Assembly: GCA_973895155.1 (NCBI GenBank)
Contig: OZ316896.1
Span: 13,511,469 to 13,575,468 of the forward strand
DNA from: Marsupella aquatica
Taxonomy: Eukaryota > Plantae > Marchantiophyta
Length of the DNA: 64,000 bases
Direction of reading: 5' to 3'
Part shown: piece by piece, positions 11,420 to 24,329 of the stretch
Numbering within the stretch: the stretch's first letter is position 1
Layout: each line of letters begins with the position of its first letter
The notes under the pieces: model-generated
The model's input: the letters and a program-made list of their open reading frames with translations, nothing else
What the model was told of the DNA's origin: nothing
The model's database searches: none
Made by a program: the position numbers and the translations under genes

Positions 11420-14400
11420 TTATTGTGACCTGGTACTGGATCTAGGGGTCATCCCATGAAGCAATTTGGTAAATCCAACGAAGCTCAGTTTTCCGTCTGA
11501 ATGTCTGACCCAATCATGCAAAACAACTTGTGCTGGCACGGTAGGCCCGAGTCCTACTTCCTGCACACATTGTGTCGATGAAAAGAATTAGAGTTCTGCT
11601 CACAAGTCATCAACGTATTATTTAGTATTGTGGAAAACATACATCAGCATGACACATTCCAATCCGTAAAGCCAGCAATAGAAGATATCCACTGCTTGAA
11701 AATTGGGGAGAACATGTATCACAGAATAAAACATAGCACTCAGTAAAGCTAGCGATGGGAGATATCCACTGTTCGACATAATGTGTACCCTTGCAAGCTC
11801 TTCAATTGCAACAACACGGTTGCCATCAGTCTCAAAGAATTCATATGCACTACGTGCATGCTGCTCCCATCGATCTGTTCCTTCCAGCTGATGCACGCTA
11901 ATGGACGCCGCACAAAATTCTTGAAAGTCCATCTTCTTGAACGTCAGCGCATCCATCTATGACGTCGAATTCAAATTTCAATTGTCAGCAGTGAACAGAG
12001 CCTCCTCGGACTTAAAAACAGTTTACTTCAACTCTGACTTTCAAATTATAAATCAAATTAGATTCCAATGAAATCACCAAGTCATATATTTTGGAGAATG
12101 ATTATAACATACCGTTGAAAGAACTTCAAAAACTCTAGACTCCTTCATAGCCTCAGTTGCATTTCTAAGAAGTGCCTGCACCCAGCCACAATGTCAAGTA
12201 ACTTTCTACATGCGACAGAGCTCAACAGAGTCATACCAAACAAGCTCATAACATCTCTATCGTTACAGCAAGGCCGTGTTACAACTGTGCAGAAGGGAAA
12301 TTACCGTTCTAAAATTTTCATATGAAATCCGACCATTTCGATTAGGCTCAAGCAGCATAAATTGAGCTCGCAAATAGATCATCTCATCTTCGGTTAAGGT
12401 TTTGGATAATGCCTGCAATAGCACATAAGTTAGCTCTCATTTCAATACAAACGACATTCCAGCATTTCTAGGGCCACAGCATCAGGAGCACGGATACTGC
12501 TATACCGTAGATCAAGAGGACGTAACAGACTAGTATGCTTACGATTGATACAAGAGGTACTTACTAAACCGACCTGGGACTGATCGTATAATCTACAATA
12601 GACACCAGGGCACATATTGGGAGATATAGAGCGTGGACAAACCCTTAGAGCACCCCGCTTCATAGATGATGCCCGAAGATAAGATCGGACAAGTTTGTAG
12701 ACCAATATGTCTAGCGGAATTTTCTCGTTCCCGTCCCTAATCCACGGATGGGCTGCACAAGCGTACAAATAGTGATTTAGAGAACAATAAGAGTTCATCG
12801 GAGTTTCTACTACTGACTCAGGACGATAAGAGTGAGTCACAAACTGGATAATTTTTCTCCTTTCCTTGTTGTACTGAACATCATCCTATCAAATGCAGCT
12901 TTGACCCGTGTCCTTGCAAAATTTATGAAAAGAGGGGGAAGCACTAATGTAGTTGTGTGGTCCGTATCCGCACTGTACAGGTAATGAACTATATAACCAT
13001 CACTGTTTTCAAGTTCTGCAGCTGCTTTCTCAGAGTGGAGAGGGACTCTGCCTTCGTAACAAATCATCTTCTCGAAGCATCTTTCAGAGGGATCAACAAT
13101 AGTACCACCCAGAACAAATCATTGCTATACGTTGGAAAGATTAATCGAGTCTAGAAGTCTGCTCCACCATTTAGTACTGTACGTGCAATCGACAAGGCAT
13201 AATCGTTAAAGTTCTTTACTTAAAGCCTGGGCAGCAGTCATCCGTCTCCTGAGATCTTTATTCAGCAACCGTTTCACAAAGTCTTTGGCCTCGGGTGACA
13301 CAGAAGGCCAGGGAACTTCATCAAAACTGGGATCTGCTCGTAAAACAGCTCGAAATATTCCAGACTCTGTTCGGGCCCAAAATGGTCGACTACCACAAAG
13401 AAGAATGTATGTGATCACTCCGATACTCCATACATCTGCCTCCATACTGTAGGATCTATGAAGAACCTCAGGGGCTACATAGTATGCACTTCCCACTATG
13501 TCTGTGAGTCTCTCATCTGCAACATGTACACGGAAGGCATCAGAACGGAAGCCATCAGTCTCCAGCAGGCTACACTGACTGGCTTACCAAAACAAGGTTT
13601 CAGACAAGCGGGGACAAAAAATCAGCCGCCGGGTCCATCCTTACCTGGCTTGATGAAGTCAGAAAGACCAAAATCAATAGCCTTCAAAGGTGCACTCTCA
13701 TCCTTTGTTGTGAAGAGGAAATTCTGTAGGATATGCCAAACTCACAACTGAATCATTCAATCCTTCCCAAAGCTACAAATAGTCACAAAACATCTGCCGC
13801 GATTGGTATCAAAACCAATATTCAACACCGCTATAACACGCACTTAGAAGCTGTCTGCAATTCACCTAAGATGTCGTAACAGCAATCTCAAACGCGGCAG
13901 ACCAGAAAGCACAACAAGCACACGAGAGGATCTGAAAAGACTGAATGCTCTGTACAGGAGTCCATCACGAGATGGAAATTTGATCGGGTAGATGACCCAT
14001 ACCTCAGGCTTTAGGTCCCGATGGACAACTCCTTGAAGGTGACAAAACGCCACGATACTCAAAATTTGACTCACCACCACTTTCGCATCTTCCTCTGTGT
14101 ATCTACCTCCCCTGTTGATAATAGGCATTCCAAGCCTATAGAAAGTCAGACAGTAAAAACACAGGGTCGCTAGATTTGGGCAACAGAAGAACATTGCTAC
14201 TAGACAGATATGGAAGGATGAGTGTCAGAATTAACCGTGCCTTGAAAGTATACGATCAAGCAGCTCACCGCCTTCACACAACCTGGAAAACAAGGACAAA
14301 GATGAGTCAAGACTTTCCCGTGGGACAACTATGTGCTCGCTGCTCAAGATGAAGAAAACTTCGTAAACCCCACAGCAGATTCCAAGGAATTGGTAATTAA

Positions 14401-16526
14401 GTAGGAAAGTATATCGCTGCTGCATCAATAATGTGAAAAACTCTGGAAAGCATGAAGCCTAAACTGTCATGGGCAGATGTGCCTGTTGGTCATTCAAATC
14501 TTTGACAAAATCCCTTGAAAGATATGTTCTGCAGAATCATCCTAACAAAGAAAGTTTTGGGCAAGCAGCATACTCCATAACAATGTAGACGTTGAGATTG
14601 TCCTCGCAAGCATCATAGAAGCGGACTAGGTTGTGGTGACCAGTCAGTGCCCTGAGAATTTTCACCTCCCTCCGAACATCTTCTATGGCGATAGCAGTCG
14701 TCATCTGGCACAATGAACGACTATTGTGAGATAAGCAAATTGCAGAGGTGCAGCTCTTGGCCAAGATCAGCTATAAGGTACGCTAGTAGTTCAGGCTGCT
14801 TACAACCTACGACGAATTACCCATTTCGTTATCGTCAATGCATTTACTGGACGTAGTTCGTACTGTAGACGGTTGTGCCACCATACTACACCTCTCCAGC
14901 GCAGGATGGGTAATTTGGCGTTGCTGGAATGTGATAAGCGTTCCAGAATTTAACGACAACTAAAGCTAAACTCCACCAAACAACTTTTCAAGTTGTAAGC
15001 AAGGATACTTTTCCAGGGGTGACAAAAAGTTTGAAACCAACAGTCATATTGCAGTACATTGTATAGTCTCCCCTACCGGCCTAAAAGACCCTAGTCACCC
15101 AGTTGGAAAGGAATCCTGTACAAAAGCTTTTCAAACTGACATCGAGTGACAAAACACCAGATTGTACTAACTCCCAAACCAACCACTAACGTAATCTAAG
15201 CAGTTTTCTACGACAGATTTTCAAAATGGCGATGCATCACCTAACTGTACTCAAGCTGTGACAATGACAGCAGTCGCGTGCAACATTCGTAACCAGAGCA
15301 ACTTTGGTCAGAAAGATTCCGTCACCACTTAAGACAAGCACGGGTTCACAGCCATGACATCAAGACGCGCTTTTGAACATAAACGCAAATGAAAACTAAG
15401 CAAGGTATAAGGTCGGGAATGGACTGTACAAACACGTTGACATTCAAAATTGATGCAGGTCAAATGGCCTTAACCATGGCCAGATCGTGACAAATGGCCT
15501 TAACCACAGGTCAAAATAAAACATCAATGTCAAAATTTCACTCAAAGACAAGATTCATAGGGATGGCTTCACAGCTGCACAGACTCAACCTCTAAATTTT
15601 CTCCTGCGAGTTTATCTTCCTCGCCATATTTTGCAAGTTACAGGCCAAGATGGTGGCATGCTTATGGAAGCGCAGAGGACACTCTGAACTTGAGAAGATA
15701 CAGCAGATGCTCGCGAGAAAGGACCAATATGAGGCATACAAGAATCGCCCTGGATCTCACAGAAAATTCTCATCTCATTACTTGGGTGCGGAGAATGTAA
15801 AGAACTAGCTCGGATTAAATCGGAAAACTCCATCAACAAGGATTTTTTCCACAAGGTAAGCAGAAGGAAAGGAATGCAGAGGGAAAAGGAGCATGAAGTT
15901 ACAAGATATCCTTCCTTGCCGGCCGCAGAAAATTAGGGCTCAAGCATGAAAGCCTTTGACTCCATCTCATTTCCGTCATATTCATCAAAATGTCGTTAAA
16001 AAGACTATGTTACCTTAGCTTTCGAGATGATCTTCACAGCAACGGGTTGTCCCTTCAGTTCTCCTTTCCTGACCTTCGCCAGGCATGTGTGCCCAAAATG
16101 ACCCCGTCCGACTTCGTGTCCCAACTCGTACTTGGCAGAAAAGTTCTTTCCATACCCAAAAGCCTTGTCGAGAGGCTTTTCAACCTCAGCGGCTTCGGGA
16201 ACCGCACCTTCGATAGTAGGTTTCTTTTGTGTTCCATGTCTCTTTGCTAAGGACGACTGGATGTGCTTCGCAGGAGAGGGAGGGGGGAAGGGCTTCCGGA
16301 AAAGCCTCCGCGGGGTAGAAGGGGCAGGGGAGGTGCCATAATTAGGTACAGGGCTAGCATTCGGGAGAGGCGAATTGGCCCCTGAAGAAAATTTCGGATG
16401 GAAAGGAGAAAATCCGCCGTATCCATTACTGCGAGCCTTCGGCTTAGGTTCCGGCTTTGGCTTAGGCTCAGGCTGTTTCACTGGGGGCTGCTTGTTATCA
16501 TCGCACTTTCCGTAACACTGGCCCAT
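11420..16526 (-). CDS. CRK: CDPK-related protein kinase (CRK), 11 coding exons
   Basis: Exons 16526-16014, 14704-14574, 14282-14241, 14111-14003, 13723-13645, 13516-13220, 12752-12643, 12412-12305, 12175-12113, 11956-11789 and 11560-11420 splice in frame. Features: MGQC acylation motif, [14 protein letters not shown] motif, GRGHFG loop, VAVK, HRDLKPEN, DFG, YYVAPE and a degenerate EF-hand C-terminus. All introns are GT-AG except intron 3 (GC-AG). Confidence 0.96.
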
Positions 16527-18450
16527 CGCATTACGGGCCCTTCGTCACTGAGGAGCTTGCACAAGTGTTCCTTCTCGTCTAAATGCCCACCTGTCGACCG
16601 TTCATCGTCTAAATCTCACCATTGTGACCAACAGATAAACCAAAGAGGAATCACGTGCCTAGAACGGACCAGCAAAGCCATCCCGGTCCAGTCCACAAAG
16701 CATCAACAGTGACTGAAAGATCGGAAAGTCAAAGAAATATCTAGACAATACAATCACCGTCGACTACGGGCAATAAAGCTTTCCTTGAAGGAAGCTCCCA
16801 GCTCACGATAGAACCGGTGGCAAAACCTTCATAGCACAGAACTCGTGAGCTGGCTATGAGCGCACAACTCCGGAGGACAAGCAAGGAATACCTCCACTCG
16901 CGTTCATCCAACTTGCTGGCAGTACTCACTTCAAATTGCAGAGCTTCTTCAGTTGACCGGAAATACTCTTTCCTGCTTCCGTTTTCCTCAGAAGACAAAC
17001 TGGCGGTGATTCGGGGCGCACCACAGCACCTCGCAGACAGTGCATGGCAGGAATCAGCACACGCTCTCCCCGGAATTCCTCCAGCCAGCCGACCGGGAAC
17101 GTAAAGAGAAGAGCAGCACGACTGATGAGAAAATCCAAAAACACTTCCGTCTTATAAATTCTTAAGATCCAATCCCGCCTTCCGTCCAGGACCCGATGAA
17201 GGCTACACACAAGTCGTTCGCGTACACTCTATCAACCATCAAACCAGGTCCCGAAGATGCACAGCTGCAGAACTACTCGCCCCCGAAGACCATCCAAATA
17301 ACCACAGGCCCGTTATCTCCGGAAGCTCTCTTCCGTTTGGCCCCCTGCTCAAGCTGTCCGACCGCCACACGGACAAAAGATCGACTAACAGGCACAGTGA
17401 GCAACGAATCAGCAGCGAGGACAGCTCCCTCCCCACGCCGCAACAGCTCCTGCAGCGCCCACCCGCCCGCCAGAGACACCGGCAAACACGGCAACAACAA
17501 TCAGTCCACTTCCACGCAGACGATCACAACACCCTCAAAGAAGGAAAGAGATAAAAAATTCCCCGCACACCCTTCTTCTTCGCCTTCTCGTCCTTCTCCT
17601 GCGAGGGACTGCTCCACCTCGTCCTCCTCCTGCTTGCCTCTCACTGATTACTCCGTCTTACTGACTCCTCCTCCGTCCCGCCTGCCTGCCTTCGCCTGCT
17701 GCTGCTGCCAAGAAGGTCGTCGTCGGTCACAGAGCTCGATCTCCTCTCCTCTCCTCCCCTCGCCTTCCCCCCTCCCTTCCCACCGCCCTAAGCTACTCCT
17801 ACTACTCCACTCCTCCCTGATCCCCACAACGTCGTTTCCGTTCCTCCTCCTCCTCCTGCTGCCGCCCTTCGCCAGTCTTCTGTCAATCAATCAATCAATC
17901 CTCCATATCTCTCGGGGAAGAAGGGAAACGAGACCAAATGCGTGCACCATCCACCCAGAGCCACCACCCCCTTTCTCTCTCTCCTCAGCTCAGCTCAACT
18001 CAACTCTTGAACTCAACTCAAATGCGCGACTAGTCTACGTAGTCTCTCTCCCTGCCTCTCGTCGCACGACCTCGAAATCGACCACCACCACCACCACCTT
18101 CTCCTCCTCCTCCTCCTCTGCGCTGTGCTGCGCTGCGGACCGGACCGGACCTCTTCGCTGCCCCTCGTCGCGACTCCGCTTCCCCCAAAGGAGCAAGAGA
18201 AGCAGAGCTATGGTGTTTTGTCACCAGCCAATCAATCAATCAATCAGTCCCCAGCCTCCACTCCGCTCCTTTCTTTCTTTCTTTCTTTCTTTCTTCCTTC
18301 CTTTCGCGAAAGTGCACTACTGCTTCTCCTCCTTCGGTTCCGTGCGCTCGACCCTTTCCCCTCCTCTTTTCCCCAAAAGAAACAGCTCTCTTTCTTCGCT
18401 CGCTAACGTAGTGTCGTTGGCGTGCCTTGTTGGGTGTCCAAAGGGTGCCC
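16527..18450 (-). promoter_or_regulatory. Probable long CRK 5' leader/promoter, GA-rich on the sense strand, probably with an intron
   Basis: GC-rich simple-sequence region with (GGA)n, (GAAA)n and (GATT)n on the minus strand. Strong acceptor-like TTTCTTTGACTTTCCGATCTTTCAG at about 16714. The TSS cannot be determined. Confidence 0.45.
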
Positions 18451-18499
18451 CCCCCCCCCCCCCCTCTCTCAGGGTTATTTATTTTAGATCTTATTTTCC

Positions 18500-19582
18500 G
18501 AGGACTCTTCCTTTTTCGCCAAGGTGCCGAGTGCCACCTCGTGCGAAATGTGAACGGGGGATGCTAAGCATATTCCTTGTGATATGGTCATAGCCCTTAA
18601 TTTCTGGCCCTTAGATTCATTATTGAGTATTCAGAGATTAATTTCTGGCCCTTAGAACTCCCTGTGTTTAAGGATGACCCTGGGATACTGGCAATTGGGG
18701 TCGGTGTGGCTAGGTGGGGAGCAGGGTAGTTAGATTGTCTAAGGGCATTTTCCTTTTTGAGGCAAGGTGGCGAGTGCCACCTCGTGCCAAATGTTAAATG
18801 TGAAGGGGAACATGCTCAGCCTGTTCCTTGTCTCATATTAGTAGATTAAATTCTGGCCCTTAGATCTCACTTTAGCATGTTCCTTATCTCATTTTAGTAG
18901 ATTAATTTATGGCCCTTAGATCACCCTGGGTTTAAGGATGACCTTTGGCAATGGGGGTCGGTGGCTAGATGGGAAGCTGGCCACTTTAATTGTTTTTAAG
19001 GCTTTTCCTTTTTGGCCAAGTTGGCGAGTGTCACCTCGTGTGAAATGTGAAGGAGAAGATGCCTTAGCGTGTTCCTTATCTAATTTTTATAAAGTAGCTT
19101 ATGGCCTTTGATTTCCCTGGGTTTAAGGATGACCCTCGGATCCTGGCAATTGGGGTTTGTGGCTAGGTGGGAAGCTGGCCAATTTAATTTTTTATGGGCT
19201 TTTCCCTTTTTGGCCAAGGTGGAGTGTCACCTCGTGTGTGAAATATGAAGGAGAAGGCACTCAGTGTATTTCTGATGAAATAGTCGTAGATTAATTTCTG
19301 GCCTTATAGATCTCCCTGGGTGCAAGGATGACCCTCGGATACTGGCAAATTGGGGTCTGTGGCTGGCTAGGAAGCTCGCCAATTTCAGTTTCTAAGAGCT
19401 TTTCCTTTTTTGCCAAGGTGGCGAGTCTCACCTCGTGTGAAATGTGAAGGAGAGATGCTCAGCATATTCCTTGTCTAATATCCATAGATTAAATTCTGGC
19501 CATTAGATCTTGCTGGGTTTAAGGATGACCCTCAGATTCTGGGCAATTGGGGTATGTGGCTAGGTGGGAAGCTAGCTGATTC
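18500..19582. repeat. Tandem array, 5 copies of a ~198-bp unit (first two carry internal ~50-bp duplications)
   Basis: Anchor CCAAGGTGGCGAGTG.CACCTCGTG at about 18519, 18762, 19016, 19214 and 19413. Shared TTTAAGGATGACCC and GTGGCTAGGTGGGAAGCT blocks. Confidence 0.93.
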
Positions 19583-20516
19583 AAGACAGTGAATTTTCGC
19601 TAGAATTGGCAGACACCTTTCACTGATGTCCAATTTGGAATTTTCACCACTAAAAAACTGTTGTGCCTTCTCCTTGCCAATGGATCATTATCATAGTGCC
19701 ATTGTTCATGCAAAAGACAAATAATTATTAAAATACCCTACAGTAGTTCATCCCCATTACACAAAAAAACAGATAATCTAACAAGTACGGTGCGAAGCAA
19801 AGCTACACTTTGGACGATGGTCTACACTGAAGCCTGTAGGACGTGACTTTGGCGTTGAGAAGAAGCAAGGGAAGGGGGTGGGCACTAGTGACTCTTGGGT
19901 GAGACGAAGCTGGGAAAGGGGGCTGGCGTTCATTCCAAAATGTAAATGCATGCGCAATCATGTAGTAGTAATTAATATTTTGAACCTGACTGGAAAAATC
20001 TAATGTGGGTTGCGAAGCCTCAAAAGAATTTTATGATGTAAATGATAGTAATCTTCTAAGCATCTTGCTGTCCACGCTAACTTTTCAGTCAATATAATAT
20101 TTTAAAAAACATAAACAGGAGAACAACATTTTTTATTGCATTGTTTTTTAATACAAATAATTAATATTTCCAGAGGTCCTCCGTGAACCAGTATGGCACT
20201 ACAAACTTAAATATACTATATAGTCTCACACGAGGGCGCTTCAAACTTAACTACAGTGACATCCGCTAGTTCAACTCCCTCACAAAAACAGAAAAAATAA
20301 ATTGGTTAACTCTAGTTAAGTCAAAGACCCGCTAAAACTCAAGCTTAGATGATTACTCCTGCATGGTCAATGGTATTTCGTCATATGACAGTATTCCATC
20401 AGCAATTGAGCGCACTAAAAGGAGAGTGGAAAGCCCATCCATTTTTTAGTAGAACTTGAGAATTGCCCTGAACAAACAGCAAATTTCTATCTCCTCTAAG
20501 ATTCTTGGAAATTGAT

Positions 20517-20845
20517 GGGCTAACCTTTTTTATGGATAATACAAAACTGCCCATAGTGTGGTCTCAAAGCTTCAGAGTAGCAGGACCCAATCAATCGCTA
20601 CTATACAGTCCCTCCAATGTCACAAAAGGAATTTATAGGGCTACTGGAACCCTGCCCATAGTGTGGTCTGAAAGCTTCAGAGTAGCTGACCAGATCTATC
20701 AATACCACATAGCCCCACCATTTCACAAGAGGAATTTGAAGGGCTAACCTTTTTGAGGGCTAATGGAACGCTGCCCATACTGTGGTCTCTAAGCTTCACC
20801 AGTTGACCCAATTCATGACTACTATACAGTCCCACCAGTATCATT
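20517..20845. repeat. Tandem repeat, 3 copies of a ~105-120-bp unit
   Basis: Anchor CTGCCCATA(G/C)TGTGGTCT..AAGCTTCA at 20547, 20652 and 20771. Confidence 0.85.
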
Positions 20846-21449
20846 AAAGGGCCCTCTAAAACTCACGCTTGGATGTTTAGTAGACGCTCAACACTATTTA
20901 GCCATGTAGTGTGGTCTGTGGCCAGAGTGTCAAGACCCTACTTTGAAAACAAACATACATTGACAAGGCACTATTTACATCAAGATACTTCGAATATTTT
21001 TGAAATGTGCATCATAATTTTCCCTAGCTAACTTGACTTTGGACACAGGATGAAATTATAATAGTTATTTCTATTTATTTTATTTTATGCATGAACCTGA
21101 TTGTCACGTGAATGTGAAAAATGTTTTTTTAATTGTCCGTTGCAAGTTAGGTGAAAAGGGGACCCTCTTTTGATAATAATTATAGCATTTTGCATCTCTC
21201 CTTTAAGCCAATGGTAAAGTGGCTCGATATTTGGACTTTGGACTTTGGTCTTATTGTCCTAGGACCAAATCTTGCAGAGTGCTACAGTAGTTTAGCATAT
21301 GTGCTTGTCGAAAGGGAACTGATCACATAAGTGTTTTGTCGGGGCTAACCTAGTCCTGTCACCCATCATTTTACCCTGTGGAAATATTGATTGTCAAGAG
21401 CTGTCACAAGCTCGAGAACAACAATGGCGGGGAAGCTTCCTTATGGCCA

Positions 21450-22520
21450 TATTATGAAGAAAGTTATGCTAACAAAGATCACAACCTTTGCACTGAAGAC
21501 TCCAATGCACCAAGCACTTTTTGCATAATGAAACAAATTATGGGCATGACATCTCCCATTGAAACAACTTACTATAGTGGATAGTGGAGATCTAAGAAAA
21601 ACTAGATTTAAGATCAAACAATGACATCTAACAAAGATATTATGACATATTGTTATGTTATGTTATGTTATGTTACTCCTCTCAGATGTGGCTATCCATG
21701 CTATTGATCTCATATCCATGATCTACTCATAGACTCAAGGTACCACTAAACCATTATTCTATTGCTAACAATCTTCCAACGGGGTTGATTGTATCCACGT
21801 TGAACTCCATCTCAAGGAAGGGCTCCATCTTGGGTGGACCCCAGACTTGGTCATTGCCAGACTTGGTAGTTGACATTCCGCTTGAATTTAAACATGCAGA
21901 CTCCAAATCGTCATGACAATTCTTGGAGCTTCAGATCGTGTTCTTCATGAAAATGTGTTAGGTGATTGGGGTTTGAGTATGATTGTTGTTCACTTGCTAC
22001 CCTGGATAGAGGAACAAGAATCACTAGATCCAGAATTAGATACCCAGGTGTAGTAATGCCTTCACCACAAGACCATCAGCAGATAAGCAGAGAATCCTCA
22101 CTGCCTATTCCCTATAGCACTGTGATTTCTTTAACTTAGCTAACATGACATCCTCCAAATCCCCTGATTTTAGATCAGCCCTTTCTTCACGTGTTCCTTC
22201 TAAGTCTAGTCATCTCTTACAGCTCCAATTGAGCAATTTGGATCTAGTAGAATCATTTACAAGTACCCCATATTCCTTGCACACACATTCAAAGATTTGT
22301 CTTCACATTATAGGTTTGAGCATAGTATAGTCCTTTGAGTTACTGCTGAGAGGATAGCTCCCAAAACTTTCTCAAGTGTTCCATTGGAAGTTTAGAGTCT
22401 GTGTTAGTGTGGAAGGAGAATGGAGAATATTCCACCAAACCATTCTTTTGAAAAGATGCTTTTACATGGTCAGGCCATTCCCCACCCTTGTTCATGCATA
22501 CTAAAGAAGTTGACTCACTA
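21450..22520 (-). mobile_element. Highly decayed Ty1/Copia pol remnant
   Basis: Fragmentary minus-strand peptides in Copia order: W...HV (GAG-pre-integrase-like), integrase SC/FG.C-like, RT RLVV..VY.VD-like. Many stops and frameshifts. A (TGTTA)n microsatellite is inserted at about 21651-21675. Confidence 0.4.
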
Positions 22521-23414
22521 GTCACTAGAAGTAATTTTACGTCCAAGTTCATTAATCACAAATTCCTCATCTTGATCTAAAAGGGGCAAATAAGGTATTA
22601 ATTCGAGCTACTATGGAATTCATTGCACATTAGTTGTAATTTTTTTAGTCAAAGTAGTGGTCATAAATTGACGAATTGTGATTGAACCTGTTAACTAGAA
22701 TTGATTCTTCTTTACGTCCCAACCCCCATAAAGTCCTATTGAAAGCCTCATATTGGAGATTAAATAAACAATTCTAAAAGTAATGTCAACTGAGTGAATG
22801 CAACGAAATGGAAAGAGGTTGGTTGACAATAATGGCTTATAGGCATGCCTTCCCATCGTGTTAGCTCGGTGTGCCAGTCGTGCTGGTCAATTTAGTACCA
22901 CTTTGGCTGCAGGACGATAAAAAATACAAAGGGGTAGACATTTTGACCTGCCATCATGTGGTACTTGTTTCCAAATTTCAGATGCTAGTTCTCGATGGCT
23001 TCTTATCACCCGCTACCATTTGTTTAAGGTACATTTCAATCCATTGTATTCACTGTACATTCCAATCCATGAACGCATTATTTGGTATGGTTACTGCCCA
23101 CCGGAAAGAGACAAATAATATGGTGGGGACTGTTGTATTAAAAAGCCTCCACAAGTAATATAATGAGTAAGCTATCCCCACTAATTAATCTTAGCCCTAG
23201 ATTTCAGCTATTTGAGTTGTTTATAGATGACTGATTCTTTGAGAGGGGGCATGTAGAAATTATACTAGCTTAGATGAAAACAGTTAGTAATTTTGTTCAA
23301 GTTTGTGGCGACTAGGTAAATTTTGGTTTTAAAAATGGCATACGCTTAAGATGGAAAAGATACGGTAAAGATTGTGTTCTTGGAACCTGACCCTGGTTGT
23401 GCAAGGTTCTGGTT

Positions 23415-23775
23415 TTGACCTGTATTTTTTAGAAAATAGCTTATAACTACAATGCCACTAAAGATGTGCATGATTATTGGCAGAGTTTTACAATATGGAG
23501 AACCAAAGACAGACAAGAGTTAACCATGGGTCAGACTCCATTCTGATGAGACATGTGTCAGCATGTGGTATCTCTTCCATCGGCACTGTCAACTGCGATC
23601 GGAAACCATCGCACACCATCAACATGTGACATCTGGAAGTTAAGTTAACCCAAATACCCATAGAAGAAAACTATGGATTAATGAATAAAAATATAAATAA
23701 TGACAATATTATAATTCAGCACATCTTTAATGGCATTGTAGTTCAAAGCTGTTTTGGAAAATCTTACAAGTTATT
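23415..23775. mobile_element. Foldback/MITE-like element with ~45-60-bp inverted arms
   Basis: AAAATAGCTTATAACTACAATGCCACTAAAGATGTGC (about 23433-23469) is the inverted match of GCACATCTTTAATGGCATTGTAGTTCAAAGCTGTTTT (about 23719-23755). Confidence 0.7.
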
Positions 23776-24329
23776 GTTGTTCTTAACTAAGGAACCATCA
23801 AAATTCTCAATCAAATACCACCAGTGACAAATGCAGATCCACATTCAATCAGCTTGTCCTCTTGTGGACTTCTATGTCCCTTTGTGACTTACCTTTTAAG
23901 ATTTGATTTCATTTTATGTTCATTTGTCTGAACTATTCAACGAAAAAAATCACCCTACTGAATATTACAACCCAGTGTATTCTTGTAATATAAATACACA
24001 AGTTTATTAACTAAACGTTCATCCTTGTCAAAGAACCTTCCATTGGAGAATCTTATGTGGAGACCATTTACTCAACTAGTAATTAAGTGTGTTGAATTGA
24101 TTTTCAAAGAGCAAGCTTTAGACTGTTCAGATTTGTAAAAGATCATGAAATTAGTGAGACAAATCTTTTAATGCAAAGAAATTCAATTTTGATGAGAAAT
24201 TGAAGCTCCAATATGTCACAACCTTTGACACGGTCCTCTGATACTTGCAATCCACATGGATTACTCCAAGGGGTTACTTTTCCTTTTGTTCCATTTTGTT
24301 TGTATAGAGCTGAGTCATCTTCTAGGTGT

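Noticed and set aside
17196-18593. 465-aa plus-strand ORF
   Set aside because: It is a low-complexity S/P/L translation of C/T-rich simple repeats antisense to the CRK leader, with no domain; stop codons are scarce because of base composition.
18500-20845. CRISPR-like or hammerhead/retrozyme interpretation of the tandem arrays
   Set aside because: Whole units are homologous with no unique spacers, there are no cas genes, the context is eukaryotic, and CTGATGA appears in only one unit.
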